From positions 64,001 through 128,000 of the forward strand of contig CAYFXC010000002.1 of NCBI GenBank assembly GCA_964347045.1: a stretch of 64,000 bases of DNA, read 5' to 3'. The position numbers were made by a program, and so were the translations under genes. Shown here piece after piece: positions 20,857 to 31,966 of this stretch. Positions within the stretch are counted from its first letter, which is position 1. Each line of letters opens with the position of its first letter. This DNA is from an uncultured archaeon. GTDB taxonomy: Archaea; Asgardarchaeota; Hermodarchaeia; Hermodarchaeales; Hermodarchaeaceae. A model generated the notes under the pieces. The model worked only from the letters and a program-made list of their open reading frames with translations, had not been told where the DNA came from and made no database searches.

Positions 20857-22530
20857 TTGCCAAAGAAACGGCGTGTTAAGAAAGCCCTTAATGATTGGAA
20901 AATCAATGTGCTCACGCCGTATATGAAAACTACACCAGAACGTGTGGATAAGTTCATGACCACCTCCAGTAAACCTGTGAAACGCCTCTACACGCCTGAT
21001 GATGTACCAGGACTTGATTATCAACATGATCTTGGTTTTCCTGGGCAGCCTCCATATGCACGTGGCGTATATCCTACAATGTATCGCGGACGCTTATGGA
21101 CTATGCGCATGTATTCAGGATTTGGCAGCGCGGAACAGACCAATGAACGCTACCGCTACCTCCTTGAACAGGGACAAACAGGGTTGAGTGTAGCCTTTGA
21201 TTTGCCCACACAAATCGGATATGATTCGGATCATCCACTGGCAGCTGGTGAAGTGGGTAAATGTGGCGTATCTATTCCATCGGTTGAGGATATGGGAATC
21301 CTCTTCCAAGATATTCCGCTCGACAAAGTAAGTACAAGTATGACCATTAACGCTCCTGCAGCAATTTTACTCGCAATGTACGTTGTGATAGCAAAACGAC
21401 AAGGTGTCAATTCTAAGGTGCTAAGGGGCACCATCCAAAATGATATTCTTAAGGAATACGTAGCCCGCGGTACCTACATCTATCCTCCAGAAGCCTCAAT
21501 GCGTTTGATTACTGACACTTTTGCATATTGTCGTGAGGAACTTCCTCGCTGGAATACCATTAGTATTAGTGGATACCATATTCGAGAAGCAGGAAGTACC
21601 GCTACTCAAGAGGTAGCCTTTACTTTTGCAAATGGTATCGCATATATAAAGGCCGCCATCGAGGCAGGGTTGCGAGTGGATGAGTTTGCTCCCCGACTCT
21701 CCTTCTTTTTTGGAGCACACAACGACCTTTTCGAAGAAGTCGCAAAATTCCGAGCAGCACGTCGCTTGTGGTATAGGATAATGCGGGATCGATTTAATGC
21801 TGAGGATTCTCGTTCGTGGCTACTCCGGTTTCACACACAAACTGCCGGATGTAGTTTGACAGCCCAACAGCCTGAAAATAATATTGTACGAGTCACTATG
21901 CAAGCTCTCGCCGCGGTGCTTGGGGGTACACAATCACTTCATACTAACTCTATGGATGAGGCGTTAGCGCTCCCAACAGAAAAAGCTGCAACCATTGCAT
22001 TGCGTACACAACAAATCCTTGCCCAAGAAAGTGGTGTGGCGAATACGATTGATCCCTTTGCAGGTTCATTCTACCTTGAAAAGTTAACCGACGATATTGA
22101 AGAGGGAGTTGTAAAGTATCTTGAACGCATTGATAAAATGGGGGGTGTTCTACGGGCGATTGAAACAGGGTATATTCAACGTGAAATTCATGATAGTGCA
22201 TATCGGTATCAGCGGGAAATCGAAACCGGTGAGCGAATTGTTGTGGGCGTAAACCAATTCGTTATCCCTGAAGAACAACAAACTATCGATTATCTTCGGG
22301 TTGATCCAGCTGTAGAGAAAAGCCAACAAAAAAAGCTTGCATCCTTTCGAAGAAATCGGGATGGAAAAGCAGTGGAAATAGCCCTCAACATGCTTCAGAT
22401 AACAGCAGAAAGAAAAGAAAATCTTCTATACCCAATCCTTGCTGCAGTTGAGGCGCAAGCAACGCTTGGTGAAATTTGTGATGCACTTCGATTAGTCTTT
22501 GGTGAATATAAGGCACCACAAATCTTCTAG
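20857..22530 (+). CDS. mcmA: methylmalonyl-CoA mutase substrate-binding (large) subunit
   Basis: [17 protein letters not shown] (Tyr), [10 protein letters not shown] (Arg), SGYHIREAG; no B12 domain. Confidence 0.9.
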   Translation: MPKKRRVKKALNDWKINVLTPYMKTTPERVDKFMTTSSKPVKRLYTPDDVPGLDYQHDLGFPGQPPYARGVYPTMYRGRLWTMRMYSGFGSAEQTNERYRYLLEQGQTGLSVAFDLPTQIGYDSDHPLAAGEVGKCGVSIPSVEDMGILFQDIPLDKVSTSMTINAPAAILLAMYVVIAKRQGVNSKVLRGTIQNDILKEYVARGTYIYPPEASMRLITDTFAYCREELPRWNTISISGYHIREAGSTATQEVAFTFANGIAYIKAAIEAGLRVDEFAPRLSFFFGAHNDLFEEVAKFRAARRLWYRIMRDRFNAEDSRSWLLRFHTQTAGCSLTAQQPENNIVRVTMQALAAVLGGTQSLHTNSMDEALALPTEKAATIALRTQQILAQESGVANTIDPFAGSFYLEKLTDDIEEGVVKYLERIDKMGGVLRAIETGYIQREIHDSAYRYQREIETGERIVVGVNQFVIPEEQQTIDYLRVDPAVEKSQQKKLASFRRNRDGKAVEIALNMLQITAERKENLLYPILAAVEAQATLGEICDALRLVFGEYKAPQIF

Positions 22531-23771
22531 AATTCTTTTTGCATTTCTACTTTTGAAGGAACTGTCAAATAAACTACAAGAATCAATGTTAAACCTATAA
22601 CGGCAGCAACCCAGTAAACCCCCGGAAGTGTCCATATTGCTAGAACCACTGCCATGATAAGCGGACCCAGTGTTTGTCCCAACCGAAGAACAAGTCCATT
22701 TAGAGACATAACAGCCGCACGATTTTCCATGGGCGCTAGATTTACGAGTAAATTTTGGGTTGTAGGAATTGCTAAACCTAAGCCAACTCCAAAACAGCCA
22801 ACTGGAATGAGAAGTATCAGGAGAGTTGGAGCAAATGGTATTAGGAATAAGCCAAAGGCCACAAAGGGGAATGCAGTAATCAATATACTCTTCATAGAAA
22901 ATCGTCGTATCAAATAACCCACCAAGAACGACATAATCGCAGCACAAACTGAGATAAAGGAAACGACAAGCCCTGCAATGAAGGAATTTACCAAGAAGGC
23001 AGCAATTACAAGAAAGGGCAGAAACGTTATAATCGCTCCATAAAGCATGATGAAAATAGATGTACTTACAATAAACAGACCTACAACCTGTTTATTTTGA
23101 AGAGTAACTCGAATCTGTCCAAAATATTTTCCTAAAGTGAGGATATGCCCAGGTTTAGGTACTGTTAGCCAAAAGAGCACAGCAAGCCCAACGGGGATGG
23201 CGAGCAAAGGAAGAACGAAAGGATAAAACCAAGCAAAAAGTGCCAAAAACCCACCAATAGTAGGGTAGATTGCAGTAGAAATACTTTGCACACTGGCATT
23301 ATAGCCCATCACTTGTGTGCGTTGTGTACGATGATACAAATCACCAATAATTGTCACATTGAGTGAACCTAGTGAAGCAGCTCCAACTCCCTGAAGGAAA
23401 CGAAGAATCAGTAACATAATGAATGGCGAAATTCCAAACATTAGACCCAAAGGTTCAGAAAATGCACAAGCAAAACCTGCAAACCCAAACATTAGCAATG
23501 ATGGTACAAGTATACGTTTACGCCCAAACCGATCAGCAGCGACTCCAAGAAAAGGGGTGAAAATGACACCAGGAATGGTAAAAAAAATGACGACTAGGCT
23601 AATCATCCCTGGTGGGATCCCCAGCATGATACTCATCAACGGAAAGGCAGGAGTTATGCTCGCAACACCCATTACAGCAATGAGAGTAGTTCCGAAGATA
23701 ACAAGCAGGTTCGAATTGACTGATGGCTTTTGCGCTTCGTTATCTTCTATGGATACAACTGTGGGTTTCAT
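22527..23771 (-). CDS. MFS transporter
   Basis: 12 TM pattern, motif [20 protein letters not shown]. Confidence 0.92.
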   Translation of the reverse strand: MKPTVVSIEDNEAQKPSVNSNLLVIFGTTLIAVMGVASITPAFPLMSIMLGIPPGMISLVVIFFTIPGVIFTPFLGVAADRFGRKRILVPSLLMFGFAGFACAFSEPLGLMFGISPFIMLLILRFLQGVGAASLGSLNVTIIGDLYHRTQRTQVMGYNASVQSISTAIYPTIGGFLALFAWFYPFVLPLLAIPVGLAVLFWLTVPKPGHILTLGKYFGQIRVTLQNKQVVGLFIVSTSIFIMLYGAIITFLPFLVIAAFLVNSFIAGLVVSFISVCAAIMSFLVGYLIRRFSMKSILITAFPFVAFGLFLIPFAPTLLILLIPVGCFGVGLGLAIPTTQNLLVNLAPMENRAAVMSLNGLVLRLGQTLGPLIMAVVLAIWTLPGVYWVAAVIGLTLILVVYLTVPSKVEMQKEF

Positions 23772-23873
23772 AGTTCGGTTCAGCTCCTGACCTTTGATAA
23801 AAAAGTTTGTAGATTACCAGTTTATGCAAACAGAAGTCTTTTCAAGGTTCCAAGGCGAAGAAGAAGCGGAGAT

Positions 23874-24281
23874 GTGTTTAATTTGCGCATAACCCATATT
23901 GGAATAGCCGTCAAAGATGCTGATGCAGCCATTAAACTATATCGTGAGATTTTAGGCTTAGAGCCATCAAGCGTTGAAACTGTAGAAAACCAAAATGTAA
24001 AAACGATCCATATTCCGATTGGAGATTCCAGCATCGAACTGTTAGAATCGACAAGTCCTGATGGCGTAGTCGCGAAATTCATCGAAAAACGCGGAGAAGG
24101 AATCCACCACATCGCCATCGAAGTGGATGATATCGAAGGTACTCTGACCAAGATGAAAACGGCAGGATTTCAGTTGATTGATGAATCGCCACGAATAGGT
24201 GCCGGAAACATGATGATTGCGTTTGTTCATCCCCGTAGTACTAACGGCGTGCTCTTAGAACTCTGTCAACCAAAAAAATAG
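23874..24281 (+). CDS. mce: methylmalonyl-CoA epimerase
   Basis: HIGIAV, IELLE, GEGIHHIAIEV, FVHP..TNGVLLEL; start GTG 23874 or TTG 23883. Confidence 0.93.
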   Translation: MFNLRITHIGIAVKDADAAIKLYREILGLEPSSVETVENQNVKTIHIPIGDSSIELLESTSPDGVVAKFIEKRGEGIHHIAIEVDDIEGTLTKMKTAGFQLIDESPRIGAGNMMIAFVHPRSTNGVLLELCQPKK

Positions 24282-24297
24282 ATTGTGCGTGAATTAA

Positions 24298-25134
24298 ATG
24301 GCTAAACCGCCAATCCCATTAGAGCCCCGAAAAGACTCCTTTCAACATGCATTCAAAAACATGGCAAATTTAGTCTTTAAACGATTGCTCCATTTTCCAT
24401 CACTTCCATCAACCAACACATACTTGAAAGGATTAGCCAAGAGGGGCGAACCTGAAGGATTAATTGTGCTGGCAGACACACAGACCAAAGGAATTGGACG
24501 ATTGGAGCGAAGTTGGTATTCGCCCCCAGGAGGACTTTATTTCTCGTTGCTTGTCCGCCCTATGACTATTACTGCAAACAATACTCCACTCATAACTCTA
24601 ACAACAGGTATAGCAATCGCAAAAGTACTTCAAAGTGCCTTAGGCTTACATCCTTCTTTGAAATGGCCCAATGATGTGCTATTAGATAGGCGAAAAGTAG
24701 CAGGGATTCTGGTTGAATCAGCGTTCATAGACAACGCTATTGAATATTCAGTAATTGGCATCGGAATCAATGTCAACACAACTCGTATGGATTTTCCTGA
24801 ATCCATACAAAACACTCTAACGACGCTTCAAGATAAGCTCAAACGAGTGGTGAATTTACCACGATTATTTGGATATTTTGTTGGTCAACTTGAATTTTGG
24901 TATCTGAAGCTCCTTGACAAAGGTTTCAAGGCTATCGAGCCACACTATCGAGGGTTATGTATGACTCTGGGTAAACGCGTCATCATTGATTTGGGTGATG
25001 TTAAATTAACCGGTCAAGCGAAGGGGTTAGAACCAGATGGCAGTTTAATTATCCAGACACCAGAGGGAATGAAAATAATTCGCAGTGGTGACATGATTTC
25101 CTCAAAACCTAATAACACCGTTGAACAATCTTAA
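24298..25134 (+). CDS. birA: biotin-protein ligase
   Basis: STN, QTKGIGR..R.WYSP, KWPND, KVAGIL, GIGIN. Confidence 0.93.
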   Translation: MAKPPIPLEPRKDSFQHAFKNMANLVFKRLLHFPSLPSTNTYLKGLAKRGEPEGLIVLADTQTKGIGRLERSWYSPPGGLYFSLLVRPMTITANNTPLITLTTGIAIAKVLQSALGLHPSLKWPNDVLLDRRKVAGILVESAFIDNAIEYSVIGIGINVNTTRMDFPESIQNTLTTLQDKLKRVVNLPRLFGYFVGQLEFWYLKLLDKGFKAIEPHYRGLCMTLGKRVIIDLGDVKLTGQAKGLEPDGSLIIQTPEGMKIIRSGDMISSKPNNTVEQS

Positions 25135-25177
25135 CAAGCCTTTTAGGCAAAAAACCCTCAAAACCAACTAGTGAACG

Positions 25178-25573
25178 ATGATGACCAACCTAGGATTCCC
25201 CTTAGAATTCTCTATACTGGCCGCACAATTTGATTTTGTGGATGCACTGCTAAACCTGATTTTCGGTGCCTTTGGTTTGATTTTCGTACTCTTCATTGCC
25301 ATCTTTGTAGGTATCTTCATTTTTGCTTTTTATATGATCTGTAAGAGTATGCGATCCGCTTCAAAGGCAATGGAGGTAGAGGAACGTGTTTTCACACCTA
25401 TAGGCCCAGAACATGACCGTCAACTAATCAGAGAAAGCCTTCCGCCTCAATGCCCCGAATGCGATGCGCCTCTCAAGTATAATGAAGTTCGATGGACAGG
25501 CCCCAGACAAGCTGAATGTCCTTATTGTGGAACGGCTGTAGAACTAGAAGAAACCATAGTAGGGGATTCCTAA
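25178..25573 (+). CDS. membrane-anchored zinc-ribbon protein
   Basis: long TM then CPEC...CPYCG. Confidence 0.7.
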   Translation: MMTNLGFPLEFSILAAQFDFVDALLNLIFGAFGLIFVLFIAIFVGIFIFAFYMICKSMRSASKAMEVEERVFTPIGPEHDRQLIRESLPPQCPECDAPLKYNEVRWTGPRQAECPYCGTAVELEETIVGDS

Positions 25574-25585
25574 AAGAAAGAGTTC

Positions 25586-25612
25586 AGGTGACCAGCTGGT
25601 GGCTAGTCACCT
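25586..25612. terminator. hairpin between convergent genes
   Basis: AGGTGAC...GTCACCT inverted repeat, T-rich tract downstream. Confidence 0.45.
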
Positions 25613-25649
25613 TTCAATCTTTTTAGTCGAACTAAGTAGGGATCCATGC

Positions 25650-26027
25650 TTAACTGGTTTTCCAGAGTAGGTGAATGTTGCAGTATTCACGAGCCATGTC
25701 GGGTTTACCCTTCATAGGGAAATCCGCTTCAGGTTTTTGTCCAGGTTCAAGGAATTGACGCATAATTGTGCCATCCTTGACCACTTGAATCCATTCAATC
25801 CAATGCTCATTCACCATCGGGTGGGGCGTGGAACCGACGACGACATGCAGTCCATCTTCGGTCTCTTCCACGACCGGTACGTGCTTTTCGGTTTTAAAGT
25901 CAGCCGTCTGCTCTTCCATCAGTTTCATAGACTGACCATGGCAGACTAAAGTCCCTGACCCAGAATTCAATACTTCGACAATATTTCCACAGGTTCCACA
26001 TTTGTAAATTTGAAGCAATTCAGTCAT
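25650..26027 (-). CDS. dfx: desulfoferrodoxin (2Fe superoxide reductase)
   Basis: YKCxxCGNIVEV, EKHVP, PHPM..EHWIEW, YCNIH. Confidence 0.95.
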   Translation of the reverse strand: MTELLQIYKCGTCGNIVEVLNSGSGTLVCHGQSMKLMEEQTADFKTEKHVPVVEETEDGLHVVVGSTPHPMVNEHWIEWIQVVKDGTIMRQFLEPGQKPEADFPMKGKPDMAREYCNIHLLWKTS

Positions 26028-26069
26028 TTCATAATCACCAACTACTTTGAAACTATAAGGGGATGATGG

Positions 26070-26345
26070 CTACCCGGCCCCTCCCTTGGCTTCTTGGTCC
26101 TTCTGCTTTTTAACCATTTCTTGAACATCATTGTAAATCTGTTCGCCCACGCATTCTTTCGCGTATTCACAATATTGAACGCAGGACATTGTATCATTGT
26201 AGATTGTAAAACCGCAGTTATCACAATCCATCTTCACATCACTTGAAAAAAGTTCAATTTCCTCCCCACATTTAGGGCAAGTTTTAAAGATGATTGTAGG
26301 CCGTTTTAGTGGTGCGGCACCAGGGCAGTCATCAATAATTTTCAT
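26070..26345 (-). CDS. small Cys-rich metal-binding protein
   Basis: CPG, CPKCGEEIELFS, CDNCG, CVQYCEYAKEC. Confidence 0.8.
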   Translation of the reverse strand: MKIIDDCPGAAPLKRPTIIFKTCPKCGEEIELFSSDVKMDCDNCGFTIYNDTMSCVQYCEYAKECVGEQIYNDVQEMVKKQKDQEAKGGAG

Positions 26346-26396
26346 GGTTATCGGAATTGCGTTAACACTGTTGACCTTAAAATCGGTTCCCTTTTT

Positions 26397-26699
26397 CTAA
26401 TCTTCTGCCTTTTTGGTTTTAGTAGTCTCGTCGAGTTTCTCAGATGGCTCCCGATCCGTTTCGGGTTTTTCAGTAGCATCTGGAGCGTATCCAGCCACCT
26501 TCTCGATGGCAGCAATAAGTTGATCCTTAAGTTGTAAAGAAATTCGTACACCTCTTTTGGTAGGTCGCCAGCTGGCTTCTCCAGCTTGATAGTAAATCCG
26601 AATATCAATGCCGAGAAATCCCTGCCATTCTGAAAGGGACACCCAGATTTTTTCTGTTTCACTTCGAGGTAAAGCAACGGGTTCACCTACAGTTGTCAT
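26397..26699 (-). CDS. PC4/Sub1-family ssDNA-binding protein
   Basis: VSLSEWQG...IDIRIYY....WRPTKRGVRI. Confidence 0.85.
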   Translation of the reverse strand: MTTVGEPVALPRSETEKIWVSLSEWQGFLGIDIRIYYQAGEASWRPTKRGVRISLQLKDQLIAAIEKVAGYAPDATEKPETDREPSEKLDETTKTKKAED

Positions 26700-26826
26700 A
26701 ATAAAATCACCTTACTTCTCAATGAGAAAAAGCACCCTAAAAAGAATCGCATTCAGAGAAAAACAAGGGAGCGGCGGATTCGGCACTCGTTTCGATTAGC
26801 CTATCCCGCCAAGTTGATTCAACAAT

Positions 26827-26991
26827 CTAGTCGGTCGGTTCAAACATATCCTTTCCAACACCGCAAACAGGACACACCCAATCTTCAGGAATGTCCTCAA
26901 AAGCAGTGCCTGGAGCGATACCTCCGTCGGGGTCACCGACTGTAGGATCATATATGTAACCGCACGCTGTACAAACGTACTTCTGTGCCAT
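26827..26991 (-). CDS. rub: rubredoxin (54 aa, missing from ORF track)
   Basis: manual translation [54 protein letters not shown]; AGGTGA SD upstream. Confidence 0.97.
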   Translation of the reverse strand: MAQKYVCTACGYIYDPTVGDPDGGIAPGTAFEDIPEDWVCPVCGVGKDMFEPTD

Positions 26992-27060
26992 GGTAGGTCA
27001 CCTGGTTTTGTTGGCAGATTAGGTGGTTATTATTGTTTGGGTATTATGATTTTGTTATAT

Positions 27061-27645
27061 CTAGTAAGTCTCACAAAGAACTTCAAAGAAAGGTGTAGGA
27101 TGGAAGCATGAGGGGCACTGATCTGGTGGTTGTTTGCCTTCATGGATGTATCCACACTCACGACATACCCACTTTGTGGGTTGATTTTTCTTGAAGACCG
27201 TTTTGGCTTCAACTTCCTTGAGGAGAGCAGAATAACGTGTGGCGTGGTGGACTTCTGCCTGAGCGATTGCACGGACTTGTTTTGCTATAGCGTGGAAGCC
27301 TTCTTCGTCGGCAATATCAGCGATTTCAGGGTACATTTTAGTATGTTCGTAAGTTTCGCCTTCAATTGCAGCTTTGAGGTTGTCAAGTGTATTACCAACT
27401 TTCAATGGGGCCAGTGCATCGACTTTGATTTCAGGCATAGGTTTGCCAGTGTGTTTCATAACATCTTGTGCTGCACGCCAGAAGTTTTTGGCATGAACGC
27501 GTTCATTATCGGCGGTTACATTGAAGATTTCAGCGATTTGCTCGTAGCCTTCTTTCATAGCGATTTTCGCGTAGATATTATAGCGGTTTCGAGCTTGACT
27601 TTCACCGATAAAGGCTTGGACAAGTCCAATTAGTGTCTTAGACAT
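27061..27645 (-). CDS. rbr: rubrerythrin
   Basis: AFIGESQARNRY, E..HA, GETYE, EVHH, C-term CRECGY...CPSC. Confidence 0.95.
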   Translation of the reverse strand: MSKTLIGLVQAFIGESQARNRYNIYAKIAMKEGYEQIAEIFNVTADNERVHAKNFWRAAQDVMKHTGKPMPEIKVDALAPLKVGNTLDNLKAAIEGETYEHTKMYPEIADIADEEGFHAIAKQVRAIAQAEVHHATRYSALLKEVEAKTVFKKNQPTKWVCRECGYIHEGKQPPDQCPSCFHPTPFFEVLCETY

Positions 27646-27793
27646 GGCTGTTTGTCCTCGTGCGACTATCAGTGCTATTCGGGATAAGAATCTTTGTGAT
27701 TAATGACCTCAGAATATTTAGCTAACCAATTGGGTTTAAGAGGAGTGGTAGTAGTAGAGGAACCATTCTAGAGATATACGGAGAGTAACCAGA

Positions 27794-29353
27794 ATGCCTT
27801 CAGAAATAATGAATCGAAAGATGAAGGAACTCCACAAACGCCTAAAAAAAGCCCAACTCGGTGGCGGTAAGGAGCGTATCGATAAACAGCATAAAGCTGG
27901 AAAAATGACAGCACGCGAAAGGATTGACAGGTTGCTGGACACGGGAAGTTTCATGGAATTCGATGCTCTCGTGGAACATCGGTGCACCGAATTCAAGATG
28001 GACAAACAAAAGATCCCCGGTGATGGCGTTGTAACCGGCTATGGAACCATTGATGGGCGCTTAGTATTTGTGTTTAGCCAAGATTTTACGGTGTTTGGCG
28101 GCGCGTTAGGAGAAATGTTTGGTGAAAAAGTCACCAAAATTATGGATCTAGCCCTAGAAGCAGGAGCCCCCGTAATTGGTTTGAATGACTCGGGTGGGGC
28201 ACGTATCCAAGAAGGTGTTGCGAGTCTCGGCGCCTATGGAGAAATCTTCTATCGCAATGTAATTGCTTCTGGTGTGATTCCACAAATTAGTGCAATTATG
28301 GGTCCTTGTGCCGGTGGCGCTGTTTATAGTCCCGCCGTTACCGATTTTACTCTCATGGTCAAAAACACGAGCCGAATGTTTATCACTGGACCAAACGTCA
28401 TCAAGGCAGTAACGGGAGAAGTTATTTCCTTTGAAGAACTTGGCGGCGCAATGGCTCATAACATTAAAAGTGGCGTTGCCCAATTCGCAGCAGAAAATGA
28501 AGAGCATTGTCTTCAACTTATTCGAGACCTATTATCGTATCTTCCATCGAACAATGTTGAGGACCCTCCACTTCTAGAAGCTACTGATGATCCACAACGA
28601 ACAGACCCCCGGTTGAACGAACTCCTCCCAGATGACACCACAACTCCTTACGATATGAAACAAGCCATTCTGAGTGTAGCAGACAATCATCAGTTCCTTG
28701 AAGTTCACGAACACTTTGCCCAGAATATAGTGGTGGGATTCATTCGATTGAATGGACATCCTGTGGGCGTCGTTGCCAACCAACCAAACTACCTAGCAGG
28801 AACACTAGATATTGATGCCTCTGATAAGTGTGCACGGTTTGTCAGGTTCTGCGATGCATTCAATATACCAGTGTTGACTTTCATGGACGTACCAGGATTT
28901 CTTCCTGGCGTTGATCAAGAACATCGAGGCATAATTCGACATGGAGCCAAGATTCTTTTTGCATATGCCGAAGCGACTGTTCCTAAAGTCACCGTGATTA
29001 CACGAAAAGCCATTGGGGGAGCCTATGTAGTATTGGGATCGAAACACTTGCGTGCCGATGTAGTCTATGCTTGGCCTACCACTGAAATGGCCGTAATGGG
29101 ACCTGAAGGAGCCGCAAATATCATTTTCCGACGAGAAATCGAAAAATCAAAGGATCCAGATGCAACACGGGCAAAACGGATAGCCGAATACCGAGAACGT
29201 TTCGCGAATCCATATTCAGGAGCAGTTCGCGGATTCATTGACGAGGTTATTGAACCTGCAGTCACTCGATCACGAATAATTGCTGCCTTCGAAATGTTAC
29301 GAACCAAACGTCAAGCCCTACCAAAGAAAAAGCATGGCAACTGTCCCCTCTAA
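27794..29353 (+). CDS. acyl-CoA carboxyltransferase (PccB/MmdA/transcarboxylase 12S family)
   Basis: [38 protein letters not shown]. Confidence 0.93.
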   Translation: MPSEIMNRKMKELHKRLKKAQLGGGKERIDKQHKAGKMTARERIDRLLDTGSFMEFDALVEHRCTEFKMDKQKIPGDGVVTGYGTIDGRLVFVFSQDFTVFGGALGEMFGEKVTKIMDLALEAGAPVIGLNDSGGARIQEGVASLGAYGEIFYRNVIASGVIPQISAIMGPCAGGAVYSPAVTDFTLMVKNTSRMFITGPNVIKAVTGEVISFEELGGAMAHNIKSGVAQFAAENEEHCLQLIRDLLSYLPSNNVEDPPLLEATDDPQRTDPRLNELLPDDTTTPYDMKQAILSVADNHQFLEVHEHFAQNIVVGFIRLNGHPVGVVANQPNYLAGTLDIDASDKCARFVRFCDAFNIPVLTFMDVPGFLPGVDQEHRGIIRHGAKILFAYAEATVPKVTVITRKAIGGAYVVLGSKHLRADVVYAWPTTEMAVMGPEGAANIIFRREIEKSKDPDATRAKRIAEYRERFANPYSGAVRGFIDEVIEPAVTRSRIIAAFEMLRTKRQALPKKKHGNCPL

Positions 29354-29456
29354 TCTAATAATAAATAGGACGATTGGCTGGACAGACAGAAAACTAAAAA
29401 CTAAGAGAGATTATTACCACCTATCTTCCTCTGACATATTGCGAGGTGTAACCATC

Positions 29457-30968
29457 GTGGTGCCCTTGGCCTTGAAACCAATAAAATTCACTGACACAAC
29501 TTTTCGTGATGCCCACCAATCCCTTCTAGCAACCCGAATGCGAACTGAAGATATGTTACCCATCGCCGAAAAGATGGATCAAGTGGGCTTTAATTCCATG
29601 GAAATATGGGGCGGAGCCACCTTTGATGCACCTCTCCGATTTCTTAAGGAGAATCCGTGGGAACGCCTCCGACAACTTCGAGCGGCCATCAAGAAAACAA
29701 AACTTCAGATGCTTCTACGCGGACAAAATATCGTTGGATACCGTCATTATCCCGACGATACCGTTCGCAAATTTGTTGAACTGGCAGCTAAGAACGGAAT
29801 TGATATTTTCCGTGTTTTCGACGCGTTGAATGATCCCCGGAATATGAAAACAGCATTAAAAGCTATACACAAAGCCGGCGCACATGCACAGCTAAGTTTC
29901 AGTTATACCATTAGCCCGGTTCATAATGTTGAGGCATTTGTACACCAGGCCAAGAATTTAGAGGCGATGGGCGCTGATTCAATATGTATTAAGGATATGG
30001 CGGGGCTTCTGAATCCCTTCATCGCCAGCGAACTTGTTACACGTCTCAAAGAAGAGATATCTGTCCCGATTCAGTTACACTCACATTATACTTCAGGAAT
30101 GGCAAGCATGGCTTACCTTGAAGCTATCAAAGCAGGCGTGGATATTATAGATACAGCAATTTCATCTCTTGCGCAATCTACATCACAACCGCCCCTAGAA
30201 ACCATGGTAGCTATACTCGAAGGAACACCTTGGGATCCAAAACTCGACCTTGAACTATTGTCTGAGATTGCCACCTATATTCTCAATGTCCGTGAACGAT
30301 ATGAAACCTATGAGTGTGGCATGGTTGGAGTGGATACAAACGTTTTGCAATTCCAAGTTCCCGGAGGGATGATGTCCAACCTCGTAAACCAACTTCGCGA
30401 GCAAAACGCATTAGACAAAATGCAAGCAGTTCTTGATGAAGTACCCAGAGTAAGGAAAGAATTAGGATATCCGCCCTTGGTAACTCCTTCTAGTCAAATC
30501 GTTGGAACGCAAGCCACACTCAATGTACTCCTAGGTGAACGTTACAAAACCATCCCAGAGGAAGTGAAGCAATACGTTCGTGGATACTATGGTCGACCAC
30601 CGGCACCTATTGATCCAAAGATTCAGAAGCTAGTAATTGGAGATGAAAAACCGATTACCGGTCGCCCTGCAGATCTGTTGGAACCTGCCATCCCCAAAGC
30701 ACGACGTGAACTCAAAGGCATCACTTCTGAAATAGAAGATATTATCGCCTATATCTTGTTTCCACAACCTGCCCTCGAATTCTTTGAATATCGGAAAGAA
30801 CAGAAAGCCCTTAGTAAGCTCACTCCAGACATTCTCGCGGCAATTACGGCAGCTTTACTTGAAACTCAGCCTACTCCACCTGAGATGCCTACAATTCGAC
30901 GACCTAAAACGAATGGATCAAATCCGTGGGTTCTTGCGGGTCGTCGAGAAGCAATGGGATATGAATAA
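29457..30968 (+). CDS. pyruvate/oxaloacetate carboxyltransferase (5S/OadA-like) without biotinyl domain
   Basis: RDAHQSLLATR, WGGATFD, CIKDMAG, HSH, PPLVTPSSQIVG; GAGGTG SD before GTG 29457. Confidence 0.92.
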   Translation: MVPLALKPIKFTDTTFRDAHQSLLATRMRTEDMLPIAEKMDQVGFNSMEIWGGATFDAPLRFLKENPWERLRQLRAAIKKTKLQMLLRGQNIVGYRHYPDDTVRKFVELAAKNGIDIFRVFDALNDPRNMKTALKAIHKAGAHAQLSFSYTISPVHNVEAFVHQAKNLEAMGADSICIKDMAGLLNPFIASELVTRLKEEISVPIQLHSHYTSGMASMAYLEAIKAGVDIIDTAISSLAQSTSQPPLETMVAILEGTPWDPKLDLELLSEIATYILNVRERYETYECGMVGVDTNVLQFQVPGGMMSNLVNQLREQNALDKMQAVLDEVPRVRKELGYPPLVTPSSQIVGTQATLNVLLGERYKTIPEEVKQYVRGYYGRPPAPIDPKIQKLVIGDEKPITGRPADLLEPAIPKARRELKGITSEIEDIIAYILFPQPALEFFEYRKEQKALSKLTPDILAAITAALLETQPTPPEMPTIRRPKTNGSNPWVLAGRREAMGYE

Positions 30969-30991
30969 CAAGATGTTATGGAGGGTATAGA

Positions 30992-31573
30992 GTGCTTCGT
31001 AAATACAAGCTCACAATCAACAATACGACTATCAACGTCGACGTGGAAAGTCCCAAGGAGGGCAGTCTCATGATTACCATTGGGGAAGCTACATTTTCAG
31101 TGAACCTTACAGATTGTGATCACAGCTCTGGTATCTACAAAGTGAATGTAGGTAATTCCCAATACACAATCATTCTTAAACCCAATCCTGAGACAGCGGA
31201 TTACATGCTTAAGGTTCATAAAGATACATATACTGCAGACATCACGCCGCTCACAGGTACTACAGCTCGGAGTTATCAACCCTCAATCATAGCAGCTCCT
31301 CCAGAATCTAACAACGCATCTTTACCTCAAACTAGTCTTATTGCTCAAGAAATCACTGAGCCAGGTACAGTCACTGCTCCATTGCCTGGTCGTGTTCTTG
31401 AAGTGCGCGTAAAGGAAGGCGATGAAATTAAACGCGGTGATGTACTTCTCGTTTTAGAAGCAATGAAGATGGCAAATGAAATTCGTGCGCCACAAAGTGG
31501 AACAATTAGTACTGTTCATATTCAAGCTGGAGCAACGGTGGAAAAGGGACAGCCTATGATTAGCATCAAATAG
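30992..31573 (+). CDS. biotin carboxyl carrier protein
   Basis: APLPG..., LEAMKMANEI biotinylation motif. Confidence 0.93.
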   Translation: MLRKYKLTINNTTINVDVESPKEGSLMITIGEATFSVNLTDCDHSSGIYKVNVGNSQYTIILKPNPETADYMLKVHKDTYTADITPLTGTTARSYQPSIIAAPPESNNASLPQTSLIAQEITEPGTVTAPLPGRVLEVRVKEGDEIKRGDVLLVLEAMKMANEIRAPQSGTISTVHIQAGATVEKGQPMISIK

Positions 31574-31662
31574 TGTGTTGCGATTTCATCAAACCAATAA
31601 AATCAGTTACCAGGCGTGAAGAAGAATTTTATAGCAATTTCTGGTCACCTTGTGATTGGGTT

Positions 31663-31806
31663 ATGATTGACATGGCCTGCCCAATGTTTGATGCTCAAAA
31701 TAACATGTGCCAGCAACTAAATCGAAACTTCCCAGAAGGAGCCCGAACTCCATGCGAGTTCGTTAATGATCCAAATCAGTGTCCTATCTGCATGATGTCT
31801 TCCTAG
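31663..31806 (+). CDS. small Cys-rich protein
   Basis: ACPMF...MC...PCEF...CPIC, 47 aa. Confidence 0.45.
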   Translation: MIDMACPMFDAQNNMCQQLNRNFPEGARTPCEFVNDPNQCPICMMSS

Positions 31807-31966
31807 CTGTAGATTAGGATCAGACTTCTTTTCTTTTCTGTACACTTCATATCGAAGTGATAGCCCATTTGGGTAAAGCAACTTTGTTGCTTAGCAAAAC
31901 CGTTAAAACAAAAGCACCCTAACAGAACAAGAAAAAAGGAGACATTCTACTCCTCAATTTGATATC

